Source: Mustelus asterias
Lineage: Eukaryota
Length of the DNA: 64,000 bases
Assembly: GCF_964213995.1 (NCBI RefSeq)
Contig: NW_027590427.1
Location: 186,001 to 250,000 of the forward strand
Direction: 5' to 3'
Shown here: piece by piece, positions 36,243 to 47,294 of the stretch
Layout of the letters: the number at the start of each line of letters is the position of its first letter
Numbering within the stretch: position 1 is the stretch's first letter
Notes under the pieces: model-generated
The model's input: the letters and a program-made list of their open reading frames with translations, nothing else
The model's database searches: none
Told to the model about the DNA's origin: nothing
Made by a program: the position numbers and the translations under genes

Positions 36243-37722
36243 ATGTTGGGTATCATTTTGTATTCGTTTCTCACTGTTTCAGCTCTTTTGCCTGGTAAGT
36301 CTACAAGGGACATAAACTTCTTCTTGCAAGCGATGTCGACAGTAATTTAGGTCCGCTTTGCTGTAGATGATAATGTGATCCGTGTTCTGATGTTATGAGT
36401 TACAATAGAATGATAATAACACCTTAACTTTCAATATTTCTAAATTTCTGCCGGTGTCACTACTGGAGACTCAATATCAAAGGAGCCGGTTACAGCGATG
36501 AAGTTTGAATGGGACTCAAAGAACAAAGAACAAAGAAAGTTACAGGCTCTTAGGCCCTCCAAGCCTGCACCGATCATGTTGCCCGACTGAACTAAAACCC
36601 GCTATCCTTCCGGGGACCATATCCCTCTATTCCCACCTTACTCATATATTTGTCCGGACGCACCTTAAATGTCACTATCGTATCTGTTTCCACTACCTCC
36701 CCCGGCAGCGTGTTCCAGGCACCCATCACACTCGGTGTAAAACACTTACCTCATTAATCTCCTTTAAACCTTGCCCCTCGCACCTTAAACCTATGCCCCT
36801 TAGTAATTGACTCTTCCACCCTGGGAAAAACCTTCTGACTATCCACTCTAGCCATGCCCCTCAGAATCTTGTAGACTTGTATCAGGTCGTCCCTCAACCT
36901 CCGTCGTTCAAGTGACAACAAACCAAGTTTCTCCAACCTCTCTTCTTAGCTAATGGGCGGCATGGTAGCACAGTGGTTAGCAGTGCTTCTTCACAGCTCC
37001 AGGGACCTGGGTTTGATTCCCGGCTTTGGTCACGGTCTGTGGCGTAAGCACATTCTCCTCGTGTCAGCGTGGGTTTCCTCCAGGTGCTCGGATTTCCTCC
37101 CACAGTCCAAAAATGTGCGGGTTAGGTTTATTAGTCATGCTAAAATTGCCCCTTAGAGTTCTGAGATGCGTAGGTTTGAGGGATTAACGTGTACATGTGG
37201 GGGTAGGGTCTGGGTGGGATTGTGGTCAGTGCAGACTCGATGGGCCGAATGGCCTCCTTCTGTACTGCAGGGTTTCTATGATTCTGATGCTCTCCATGCC
37301 AGGCAACATCCTGGTAAATCTTTTCTGCACCCTCTCCAAAGCCTCAACATCGTTCTGGTAGTGTGGCGACCAAAATTGAAAATTATATTCCAAGTACGGC
37401 CTAACTAACGTGCTATAAAGCTGCAATATGACTCGCCATTTTTTAAACTCAATGCCCCGGTGACCAATAAGTTAACTGCATAGCAGCTGGTGCATATTAC
37501 ATTCAATTGTATCGCCAGGACCGGGAGAAGGTTCCCAGCAAAAAGAACGGAGAAAGCCCCCATCTTCTTGATCTATATCTCTTATTATGGAGATATTTCC
37601 AGTGCAAAGGGCGTGGGAACACTATTTTCTGCATATATCGAGAGGTCGAAAAGCGAGGGGAACTTCAGCATGTGTGAGCTGTGGCTGTCGGACAGCGCGG
37701 TGTATTACTGTGGACTGAGAGA
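36243..37722 (+). pseudogene. TCR alpha/delta-type V pseudogene (V2), split by a CR1 plus SINE insertion
   Basis: Leader 36243-36294 MLGIILYSFLTVSALLP|GTAAGT; acceptor AG is CG at 36452-3; V part 1 36454-36518 GVTTGDSISKEPVTAMKFEWDS; part 2 37460-37722 IQLYRQD/IFLIYISYYG...LSDSAVYYCGLR. Confidence 0.9.
36519..37459 (-). mobile_element. 5'-truncated CR1 inside the V2 exon, carrying a nested plus-strand HE1 SINE (~36956-37286)
   Basis: (AAGAACA)n tail at 36519; ORFs 36754..36936 and 37226..37426 are the two halves of the CR1 C-terminus. Confidence 0.92.
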
Positions 37723-37761
37723 CGCAATGACAGAAACCAGAGGGAGCCTGGTATGAAAAAA
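37723..37761 (+). promoter_or_regulatory. Degenerate 23-bp-spacer RSS
   Basis: CGCAATG + 23 nt + ATGAAAAAA after YYCGLR; the critical CAC is altered. Confidence 0.75.
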
Positions 37762-37884
37762 AAAACATTGCCCCAGAGTGACAAGATGAACGGACCAGAG
37801 AATGGTAATAATATTGGGCTATAAATAGAGCATGATTCACTCTGTGGTGCCTCTATACATTTTCGGTATTGCTGATACTCACAA

Positions 37885-38190
37885 CAGGAGAGGCGATGGC
37901 CGAGGGGGTATTATCCTGAGACTATTAATCCAGAAACTCAGTGAATGTTGCGCGGACCCGATTCAATGAAAACAATATCGACAACTAAGAATCTACTGAC
38001 GACCATGAAGCCATTGTCGATTGTCGGAAAAACCCACTTTGTTCACTCATGTACTTTGGGGAATGAAATCTGCCGTCCTTACCTGGTCTGGCCTACACGT
38101 GACTCCAAAGCCAAAACAATGTGGTTGATCTCAACTACCGATGGACAACTAGTGGTATCCATGTCCCACACACAGAAAAAATTCACTGGA
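37885..38190 (+). mobile_element. SINE of a third family
   Basis: GGAGAGGCGATGGCC...ATTATC...ACTATTAATCCAGA head; body related to minus-strand copies at ~5270-5570 and 45535-45790. Confidence 0.6.
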
Positions 38191-38554
38191 ATCACTGTTA
38201 AAACTGTCCTGATAATAAGGCTAATGGACGTATTGAGAAAAAAAAAACCAGGACAGAACTATTTAGCCTCCATTAGCTTCCGGGTCACAGTAAGAAAATA
38301 AGGGTTTTTTGTGGAATGTCAATTATTGAGCATGTTCAAAAAAATCAACAGCTTTTGGAAGCCGAATGGCATTAAGCGCTATGCAGATAGCGCGGGAAAG
38401 TGGCGTTCAGGCTGGTCAGCCCTGATCTAACTGAATGACGAAGCAGAATCGAAGGACAGAATGGCCTACTGCTGTTCCCATGTTCCTGTACCCCATTTTT
38501 CTACATTCTTCCCCAAGTCAATCGCTAAATGTGTAAGTTCTCTCTGTAATAGTT

Positions 38555-40308
38555 ATAGATGGCAGAGGGAAGTTATGTGTGGAACCGGAGGAGATTGGTG
38601 AAGCATTGAACCAATATTTCTCTTCGGTGTTCACGCAAGGGGACATGAATATAGCTGAGGAGGACACTGGGTTGCAAGGGAGTAGAATAGACAGTATTAC
38701 AGTTGATAAGGAGGATGTGCAGGATATTCTGGAGGGTCTGAAAATAGATAAATCCCCTGGTCCGGATGGGATTTATCCAAGGATTCTCTGGGAGGCAAGA
38801 GAAGTGATTGCAGAGCCTCTGGCTCTGATCTTCAGGTCGTCGTTGGCCTCTGGTATAGTACCAGAAGATTGGAGGTTAGCGAATGTTGTCCCATTGTTTA
38901 AGAAGGGGAACAGAGACTTCCCCGGGAATTATAGACCGGTGAGTCTCACTTCTGTTGTCGGCAAGATGTTGGAAAAAATTATAAGGGATAGGATTTATAG
39001 TTATTTGGAGAGTAATGAATTGATAGGTGATAGTCAGCATGGTTTTGTGGCAGGTAGGTCGTGCCTTACTAACCTTATTGAGTTTTTTGAGAAAGTGACC
39101 AAGGAGGTGGATGGGGGCAAGGCAGTGGACGTGGTATATATGGATTTTAGTAAGGCGTTTGATAAGGTTCACCATGGTAGGCTTCTGCAGAAAATGCAGA
39201 TGTATGGGATTGGGGGTGATCTAGGAAATTGGATCAGGAATTGGCTAGCGGATAGGAAACAGAGGGTGGTGGTTGATAGTAAATATTCATCATGGAGTGC
39301 GGTTACAAGTGGTGTACCTCAGGGATCTGTTTTGGGGCCACTGCTGTTTGTAATATTTATTAATGATCTGGATGAGGGTATAGTTGGGTGGATTAGCAAA
39401 TTTGCTGATGACACCAAAGTCGGTGGTGTGGTAGACAGTGAGGAAGGGTGTCGTAGTTTGCAGGAAGACTTAGACAGGTTGCAAAGTTGGGCCGAGAGGT
39501 GGCGGATGGAGTTTAATGCGGAGAAGTGTGAGGTAATTCACTTTGGTAGGAATAACAGATGTGTTGAGTATAGGGCTAACGGGAGGACTTTGAATAGTGT
39601 GGAGGAGCAGAGGGATCTAGGTGTATGTGTGCATAGATCCCTGAAAGTTGGGAATCAAGTAGATAAGGTTGTTAAGAAGGCATATGGTGTCTTGGCGTTT
39701 ATTGGTAGGGGGATTGAATTTAGGAGTCGTAGCGTTATGTTGCAACTGTACACAACTCTGGTGCGGCCGCACTTGGAGTACTGTGTGCAGTTCTGGTCCC
39801 CACATTACAGGAAGGATGTGGAGGCTTTGGAGAGGGTGCAGAGGAGGTTTACCAGGATGTTGCCTGGTATGGAGGGGAGATCCTATGAGGAGAGGCTGAG
39901 GGATTTGGGATTGTTTTCGCTGGAAAGGCGGCGGCTAAGAGGGGATCTTATTGAAACATATAAGATGATTAGAGGTTTAGATAGGGTGGATAGTGATAGC
40001 CTTTTTCCTCTGATGGAGAAATCCAGCACGAGGGGGCATGGCTTTAAATTGAGGGGGGGTAGTTATAGAACCGATGTCAGGGGTAGGTTCTTTACCCAGA
40101 GGGTGGTGAGGGATTGGAATGCCCTGCTAGCATCAGTAGTAAATGCGCCTAGTTTGGGGGCGTTTAAGAGATCCGTAGATAGGTTCATGGACGAAAAGAA
40201 ATTGGTTTAGGTTGGAGGGTCACAGTTTTTTTTTTTAACTGGTCGGTGCAACATCGTGGGCCGAAGGGCCTGTTCTGCGCTGTAATGTTCTATGTTCTAT
40301 GTTCTATG
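38555..40308 (+). mobile_element. Young 5'-truncated CR1/HER1 LINE with an uninterrupted 543-aa RT-containing ORF
   Basis: KSPGPDGI, NYRPVSLTS, QHGF, DFSKAFD, GVPQGSVLGP and FADD motifs; (TTCTATG)3 tail; no endonuclease domain. Confidence 0.96.
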
Positions 40309-40939
40309 TAAGGATGATTATGTTAATCCAGCTCACGGTGCGTCTGGTTACTGTCTGTTATCTCACCACCTGGGTGTCACACAGCACCACTGGAGACAGA
40401 AGGGAGGGAGCTGAGAACATACGAAAAAGGAAGCTGATTATTGAAGGCTGGGATTAGACCGGATAAAATCAAACACGCAGCTCCCCTTTTACAGAGCGAC
40501 AGCGGCAATGCAGCTGCTGTGGGGATCATTCCTGACAGGTAATTACGTGCAAAAAACATTGCACTGTTTCACACGTTTCCCAAGCTTGGTTCCAGACCAC
40601 AAATTAATCATACGCCCTTCTGACCATTTTCTGTGTTGTTATTTCCATATTTGAGACATGGAGATTCTGTCACCCAGCCGCTCACATCAGATGTTAAGAG
40701 AGAAGGCGAGATCGTGTTTTTAACGTGTAGCAATGAAACCAAGCACGCTGAATGTCTTCTTCACCACTCTGTCCACCTGTGACTCCACTTTCAAGGAGCA
40801 GAGAGCGACTATAGGCTGTACTGGTACCGACAACATCCAGACACACAGCCCGTGTTTATAGTGCGGAAAGATACTGATAGTTATGAAAATAAAGCATATG
40901 TTTTTAAAAGTCGCTTCTATGTAGCTAATGTCGCTCTGT

Positions 40940-41765
40940 AGGAGGTAGCTAAAAATGGATACAAAATTGGCTTGATGACAGAAGCCACAGGGCGGTTGTA
41001 GAGGGTTGTTTTTTAAACTGGAGGCCTGTGACCAGCGTTGTGCCTCAGGGATCAGTGCTGGGTCCACTGTTATTTGTCATTTATATTAATTATTTAGGTG
41101 AGAAAAAAGGAGGCATGTTTAGGAAGTTTGCAGATGACACGAAGATTGGTGGCACAGTGGACAGTGAAGAAGGTTATCTCGGATTGCAACGGGATCTTGA
41201 TAAATTGGGCCAGTGGGCTCACGAATGGCAGATGGAGTTTACTTTAGATAAATGCGAGGTTATGCATTTTGGGAGATTGAACCAGGGCAGGACTTACTCA
41301 GTTAATGGTAGGTCATTGAGAAGAGTTACAGAGCAAAGGGATCTAGAGGTACAGGTTCATAGCTCCTTGAAAGTGGAGCCACAGGTGGACAGCGTGGTGA
41401 AGAAGACATTCAGCGTGCGTGGTTTCATTGCTCAGAACATTGAATACAGGGGTTGGAACGTCTTGTTGAAGTTGTACAAGACATTGGTAAGGCTACACTT
41501 GGAATACTGTGTACAGTTCTGTTCACCCTATTATAGAAATATATTATTAAACTAGAAAGAGTGCAGGAAAGATTTACTAGGATGCTACCGAGACTTGATG
41601 GTTTGAGCTATAAGGAGAGGCTGGATAGACTGGGACATTTTTCTCTGGAACGTAGAAGGCTGAGGGGTGATCTTATAGAGGTCTATAAAATAATGAGGGG
41701 CATGGTTCATCGAGATAGTCAATATTTTTTCCCAAAGGTAGGGGAGTCTAAAACTAGAGGGCACA
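40940..41765 (+). mobile_element. CR1 fragment truncated at both ends
   Basis: ORFs 41028..41555 and 41561..41785 carry RT motifs, with a frameshift between them. Confidence 0.9.
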
Positions 41766-42329
41766 GGGATTCAAGGAATATATGAAGTCAACAATATAAA
41801 GTACAATCTGATATGGGAAAGGTTTATCCTGAAACATCTACTCGATTGAACTGCGATTGTAGAGCATCAGGCCACTGGTTCATTTAAATAAGTTTAAATT
41901 TGGGGCACAGGTCAGGGCACAGTTGGTTATGCAGAGAGTGGTCATCATTTACAATGCAATTTGATCAATGTAACAGAGTCCAAAACAAACATAGTGGTCT
42001 CCTAACAAGTAAGGCAAATTATAAGGATGTTTGCAGATTTCTGAATTGGTGACTTATGATGAGAATAATGAAAGTACCCATTCCCCAGTGCCATGCGACT
42101 TCTTGATTGATTAGCTGCAGTGGTCATGAATACGTGATGCTCTGTTGGTGCTGAGTGGTAAATGGCTTTCTTTCTGGAGATTCAATGTATTCATTATATG
42201 TTCAAAATATGTTTCTGCCAAATCTTTCCTGATTTGTATTATTGTTACTGTGATGCAACCTGTAGATTTTAGGACTCCTGTGAAATTGAATGCGAGTTGT
42301 TTTCTACATAGATAGCTTTGAAATTTGCT

Positions 42330-42550
42330 GTTGAGTGCAATGACCTCGGCCTCAAATGCTTTCCCCAAAATCAGAAATGCTGAATTTTATGACGCAATGT
42401 CAGGAAAGAAACGTTCCCACTTTGACACCGTGCACATATTAGCATCTGCTGCAGTTTACAACAGAATTTAGTTGGTTTAATAGGTGCAGACTAACATAGT
42501 TAATCACCATCTGAAACATGTCTAATAGTGGTGCGTGCTCAAAAATACAC
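42330..42550 (+). repeat. Inverted copy of the tRNA-Val array flank
   Basis: Reverse complement of ~24950-25150 (CACCATCTGAAACATGTCTAATAG, TGACCTCGGCCTCAAATG). Confidence 0.75.
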
Positions 42551-42627
42551 AATGCCCTGTATGAACGCAAAGAAACATTAAACTAAATAAAAATACTATC
42601 TGTTTCGCGTCGTAAATAAAAGGACTT

Positions 42628-43011
42628 CATTGTGTCCCTATACCATCACCCCCGCCCCCCCCCCCCCCACGCCCCCTCCACTGACTATAACAGTACACAT
42701 AAGGATTAGAATGGCTAGTTTCCAAGGTGCAGGTTAGTGTCACGTTACTTTCCTCCTTAACAGATATTTCAGGACCCAGTTGTTCCACTTTGTCTTGGTG
42801 GCTCCATTCTAACAGAAATAACAACAATAATGAGAATCAGAGTCAGCCTCATGTTGAGCGATACAATTATCATCTCCACCATCACTGTTGCTTTAGCAAC
42901 AATAACATCTGGGTTGCAGCAGTCAGGAGGAGCATGTAGTTTTACTGGGAAGGAAAAAAACTTTCTGAGGACTGAAATAATGATGAGGATCTGAGCGAGA
43001 CAGTTTTCCAT
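42628..43011 (-). pseudogene. TCR alpha/delta-type V pseudogene (V3), internally deleted, opposite orientation
   Basis: Leader MENCLAQILIIISVLR from 43011; V exon from 42808 WSHQDKVEQLGPEISVKEESNVTLTCTLETSHSNPYVY(C)Y(S)Q, then a G-run and heptamer-like CACAATG at 42634-42628. Confidence 0.75.
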
Positions 43012-43318
43012 GATGCTCCTCAGTCTGTAACTCAGCAGTGAGAGGAATCCTCCGTCAGAGACAGAAACACAGATCCCCGTCCCATTGCACTGCTCATCCA
43101 ACCTCAATGAGAGGAATGGCGCAACTTCAGCAATCTGTCCAATCACACAATCGGGTCAGAGTGAGAGCAGCAAACGGAAGCTGTGGGCGGGGTACCGCAG
43201 ATTCAATATTGAGTGAAGCGTGCGGTGACTCTCAGCGGCACTCGGAACTGTTGGGCGGAAATAGAACCAGTTGAAACTACAGAAGTCTCTTATCATCCTG
43301 CGCCTACTCACTTTTCAG

Positions 43319-43933
43319 GGTGTCTAACAATAAATAAAGCGACTGCGACATGAAGCAAGGAGAACCATAGAATCTTTGAAAGGCAAATTGGTCATCCGGC
43401 GTATCTATGTTTCCTTGGAGGAGTTCTCCAAATCATCCAATTCTCCCCGCAGCTCCGTGAAATCTCTGCTTAACTAACTTTGCTCTCAAGAGTACAAGCC
43501 CGGTCTCTATAACCTCACCACAAAACTGAATTTCCTCATCCCTGGAAAGGCGGAGGATTGAGCGGAGATTTTGGAAAATATTGTCAGTTGGCAGATGGGG
43601 AAAATGGAGCAGGAAGCAAACCAGAAAACACTGCCCCAGCTTTGCGAATCTTTAGAAACTGTTTGGGAACTGGAATCAGAGGAGATTGAAGGGTTGACTG
43701 ACTGAGCAGAGACAATCAAGGCAACCTTCCATTCTTTAAGAGGCTGGAACGTTGACTCTGATGTTTTCAGTAAAATTAACTGATCAGAGACATTGAAAGG
43801 ATTCTCGTTACTGCACATCAGCAATTCAAACCGAATATCAATTTCGGAACAGTCAGAATATTTGGTTTCAGACAAGACACCGAAAGGCTTGAATGGAGAC
43901 GGCGCCGGTTGTTGGAGAGCCGGTTCCCGATGA
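43319..43933 (+). pseudogene. Decayed coding segment of unknown family
   Basis: After CTTTTCAG, one frame of ~205 codons reads as helical protein (IKRLRHEARRTIESLKGKL...YKPGLYNLTTKLNFLIPG...KATFHSLRGW) with 6 stops; open antisense ORF 43507..43950. Confidence 0.4.
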
Positions 43934-44275
43934 CATGGATGTGTCTGCAATGGGGGGTCTCTGACTATTGGACTTAACTTGTATCTGCAGCTAACCCATT
44001 AGAAATCCGTTCAATTATTCCATTCTCACCAACCCATAAATTATTCTCTCTTACTCAGTTACACAGTTAATGAGACAGGGAAAAGCTGCAATATTTCAGT
44101 CTCCCCCACTCTCCAAACACCCCCTGCCGGCAAAAAGCACTGGCGATTTAGCTGCATAAGTTTTCTAAGAAATGGTGAAGACCAATGTTTGTCAATATTT
44201 TGATTGATCCCCTTTTCAGTTCACATTTAACCATAAACTGGAATTCGGAAACTTCAGAGCAGTGAGTTTTGATAA

Positions 44276-44547
44276 CGTTTCTGCCCCGTTTATTGCCTGG
44301 GACCTGCGCAAATATGTGCAAAGATGTGCGGGTTAGGTTGATTGGCCAGGTTAAAAATTGTCCCTTAGAGTCCTGGGATGCGTAGGTTAGAGGGGGGATT
44401 AGCGGGTAAAATATGTGGGGGTAGGGCCTGGGTGGGATTGTGGTCGGTGCAGACTCGATGGGCCGAATGGCCTCCTTCTGCACTGTAGGGTTTCTATGTT
44501 TCTATGTTTCTATGAATAGAAAGTGATAACACCTTCAATACAGAAAA
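44276..44547 (-). pseudogene. tRNA-Val pseudogene split at the anticodon arm by a 5'-truncated HE1 SINE (~44317-44514, +)
   Basis: CGTTTCTGCCCCGTTT...GGGACC on the left and GTGATAAC...TACAGAAA on the right of the SINE. Confidence 0.65.
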
Positions 44548-44727
44548 TCCGCTGAGGACAAAAGCGGCTGGTCTAGAAGGTCAAACCGTGCAGTCTGATT
44601 TAACTTCACAACCTGATTTGTGGAAGTACAATTCGGCTCAATACCCTTTCTTGATGCGGCAGAGAAATTCATCTCACATTAGAATCATAAAATGACATTT
44701 GCGCCTTTTTTCTCTTTTGCCATGTCT

Positions 44728-44990
44728 CGGGCGGCACGGTGGTACAGTGGTCAGCACTGCTATCTCACAGCGCTAAAGACCCAGGTTCAATTCCCAGCTT
44801 TAGTTATTGTCTGTGTGGCGCTTGTACGTTCGCCCCGTGTCTGCGTGGGTTTCTTCTCACAGCCTGAAAGACGTGCTGGTTCTGTGCATTGACCCCAACA
44901 GGCGCCGGAGGCTCGCGACTAAGGAATTTCACAGTGTCTTCATTGCAGTGTAAGCCTTACTTGTAGCTAATAAATAAACTTTACTTTAAC
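44728..44990 (+). mobile_element. tRNA-derived SINE (TAATAAA-type tail)
   Basis: Same family as the 1744 copy. Confidence 0.8.
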
Positions 44991-45131
44991 TGAGCATTTT
45001 GCAGAATATTATTTAACACTTGGAAATGCAACTGCAGTTAGGCTGAGAGATAATGTTTTCTGTCAATATTTAATAACAAACGGAAATTAGGTAACTTTTC
45101 CTCACACTGAGAGATGAGGAAATTTGAACAC

Positions 45132-45204
45132 TGTTGTTGTCCTATTTCACACAGGGAACCATTAACGTGTTAGGTGAATTTATTAAACACCACACTTCAG
45201 AAAC
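45132..45204 (-). pseudogene. tRNA-Val(AAC) pseudogene, highly degenerate
   Basis: GTTTCTGAAGTGTGGTG...TTCACCTAACACGTT... Confidence 0.6.
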
Positions 45205-45271
45205 AGAGAATACATGACTCTGAAGTACAGTCAGACAGCGCGGTTCGAATTCCAGTCAGTTGTCGAGCATC

Positions 45272-45344
45272 GTTTTTGTAGTGTAGTGATTATCACATTC
45301 ATCTGAAACATGAAAGGTTCCCAGTTCCAAAACGGGTGGAAACA
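45272..45344 (+). pseudogene. tRNA-Val pseudogene
   Basis: GTTTTTGTAGTGTAGTGATTATCACATTCATCTGAAACATGAAAGGTTCCCAGTTCCAAAACGGGTGGAAACA. Confidence 0.75.
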
Positions 45345-45796
45345 TTTATACTTATTTCTAACCTGAGTGAGAGGAAATTGCTGAATACAGTATCTTACAC
45401 AGAGTTGCATTTTCCCTTCCCCATTTCTGTACACACTCAAACCCGACAGAATATCTCGAACTGGTTACCGTTTCCACCTCTGACAGTTCAGAAAGTTTCT
45501 CTCAAACTTGCACATTCGGGCTTTTTCATTTGTTCATTCCTGAAACATTGCCGTCGCTGGCCATCATTCACTGCCCAACCCGAGTTGAGATGCAACCATA
45601 TTGCTGTGGCTCTGTAGTCACATGCAGGCTAGGCCAGGTCAGAAGGGCAGATTTCCTTCCAAAAATACATTGGTGAATCATATGGGTTCCTTCAACAATC
45701 GAAAATGCTTTCATGGTCATCAATGGTTCTCAATTCCAGATTTTTCGTATTGTATTCAAATCCCACCAGCTGTCCTGGCTGGTCCCCATAATAAAA

Positions 45797-46140
45797 GGGG
45801 CGGCACGGTAGCACAGTGGTTAGCACTGCTGCTTCACAGCTCCAGGGTCCCGGGTTCGATTCCCGGCTCGGGTCACTGTCTGTGTGGAGTTTGCACATTC
45901 TCCTCGTGTCTGCGTGGGTTTCCTCCGGGTGCTCCGGTTTCCTCCCACAGTCCAAAGATGTGCGGGTTAGGTTGATTGGCCAGGTTAAAAAAATTGCCCC
46001 TTAGAGTCCTGGGATGCGTAGGTTAGAGGAATTAGCGGGTAAAATATGTGGGGGTAGGGCCTGGGTGGGATTGTGGTCGGTGCAGACTCGATGGGCCGAA
46101 TGGCCTCCTTCTGCACTGTAGGGTTTCTATGCTTCTATGA
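45797..46140 (+). mobile_element. Full-length young HE1 SINE
   Basis: Intact A and B boxes (GGTAGCACAGTGG, GGTTCGATTCC), conserved core, CR1-derived tail TTCTATG. Confidence 0.92.
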
Positions 46141-46181
46141 TCAGCTGGTCGAGCGATAACTCGCCCGACCTAAAGCATCTG

Positions 46182-46276
46182 CGCGTCAGGTGAGGCTCGA
46201 ATTTAAAACCTGGGCATAGCCCGCAGGACGCACTGCTGTATAAACACCATGCGCTAACCGATTGCGCCACTGGGGC
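46182..46276 (-). pseudogene. Intron-containing tRNA-Ile(TAT) pseudogene
   Basis: GCCCCAGTGGCGCAATCGGTTAGCGC...TTATA-cagcagtgcgtcctgcgggct-ATGCC...TTCGAGCCTCACCTG; 21-nt intron; broken T and acceptor stems. Confidence 0.85.
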
Positions 46277-46363
46277 ACTGCGCCCTACGCATTTGTGTCA
46301 GAATATTAAAGGCTACCACAGCGTCACCTCCATTAATAACAGTCATTTGACGCCACATTTCAG

Positions 46364-46814
46364 AGAGGGGAACAAACCCATCAAAGATTCTCTCTTCCAC
46401 AATGAGTAAGACAGGGACAGGCAGCAGGATCTTACCCCGCACTCTCCAATCGCCCACAGACAGCAGAAAGTGGTAAGTGGCAACTGCAGCTTCAATCAGG
46501 GAGTTACTGCCCATGCCAGGGACACAGAATACTCTAACCCAGGTAAAACGTCACAATATACCGATCAGAGACTCATCAAATCGCAGATAGATTATCGCCC
46601 ACTCACTGAGCATTCGAGTAGCATTTACACAATACCCGAGCGAGTCACAAACAACATTTACAGCAACTTTCCAAAACTTTTCAGTGATAAATTCCTTCAT
46701 TTGGCTGAAAATCTGACTGTTGTGAATCTGAAAATGGGCACCCTGGGATTTGTGTTACCCAGAGACCTGTCTCCCACTGTTCGTCCGTCAGGTTGTGTTT
46801 GTGTTGTACATTGA
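46364..46814 (+). pseudogene. Tyrosine-motif-rich coding segment of an unknown gene
   Basis: ORF 46470..46814 extends upstream through one stop to a TTTCAG acceptor; contains TEYSNP, SQYTDQ, IDYRPL, SIYTIP and NIYSNF. Confidence 0.35.
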
Positions 46815-47220
46815 AGCGCCTGTCATTTCAAAATGAGGAGAGAACAAAGAAAATATTAAATTGTGGAACAAATCCTGAGGGAAACGGATCATAATATTGG
46901 AAGGAGATGCAGTTGTGAATGGTGTTATTGATGATTGTATCGAAAGTATTGGATCCTTGGGCTTCTGGTGGTCAGTTCCCTTCCCTCCCGTTGAATTCCT
47001 CCCTCTGACAAGAGACATGGATTCATTTTAGCTGCACGTTCATAGGAGAAAGGGTATAACCGCTACACCACAGCAATACTACGGATTCGAAATGAACAAA
47101 GAGACTTGTGTAGACTTGTAAATGGTGCGGTGATGCTGTAGTTCTGGAACAGGTTTCGCAGAAATAGAATTGTGATCATTGACACCGTGGATTAGAATAT
47201 CGTTAACAGCTGCTGTATCA

Positions 47221-47294
47221 GTCTCTGTGGTGCAATTGGTCAGCGCGCTCGGCTGTTAACCGAAAGGTTGGTGGGTCCAGACCACCCAGGGACG
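47221..47294 (+). pseudogene. tRNA-Asn(GTT), probably a pseudogene
   Basis: GTCTCTGTGGTGCAATTGGTCAGCGCGCTCGGCTGTTAACCGAAAGGTTGGTGGGTCCAGACCACCCAGGGACG; B box and T-loop mutated. Confidence 0.88.

Noticed and set aside
38579-40210. 543-aa and 538-aa RT ORFs as domesticated genes or a retron-like system
   Set aside because: They are ordinary 5'-truncated CR1 copies with typical microsatellite tails.
45797-45875. SINE heads as tRNA genes
   Set aside because: They continue into the HE1 core and LINE-derived tail and lack a full cloverleaf.
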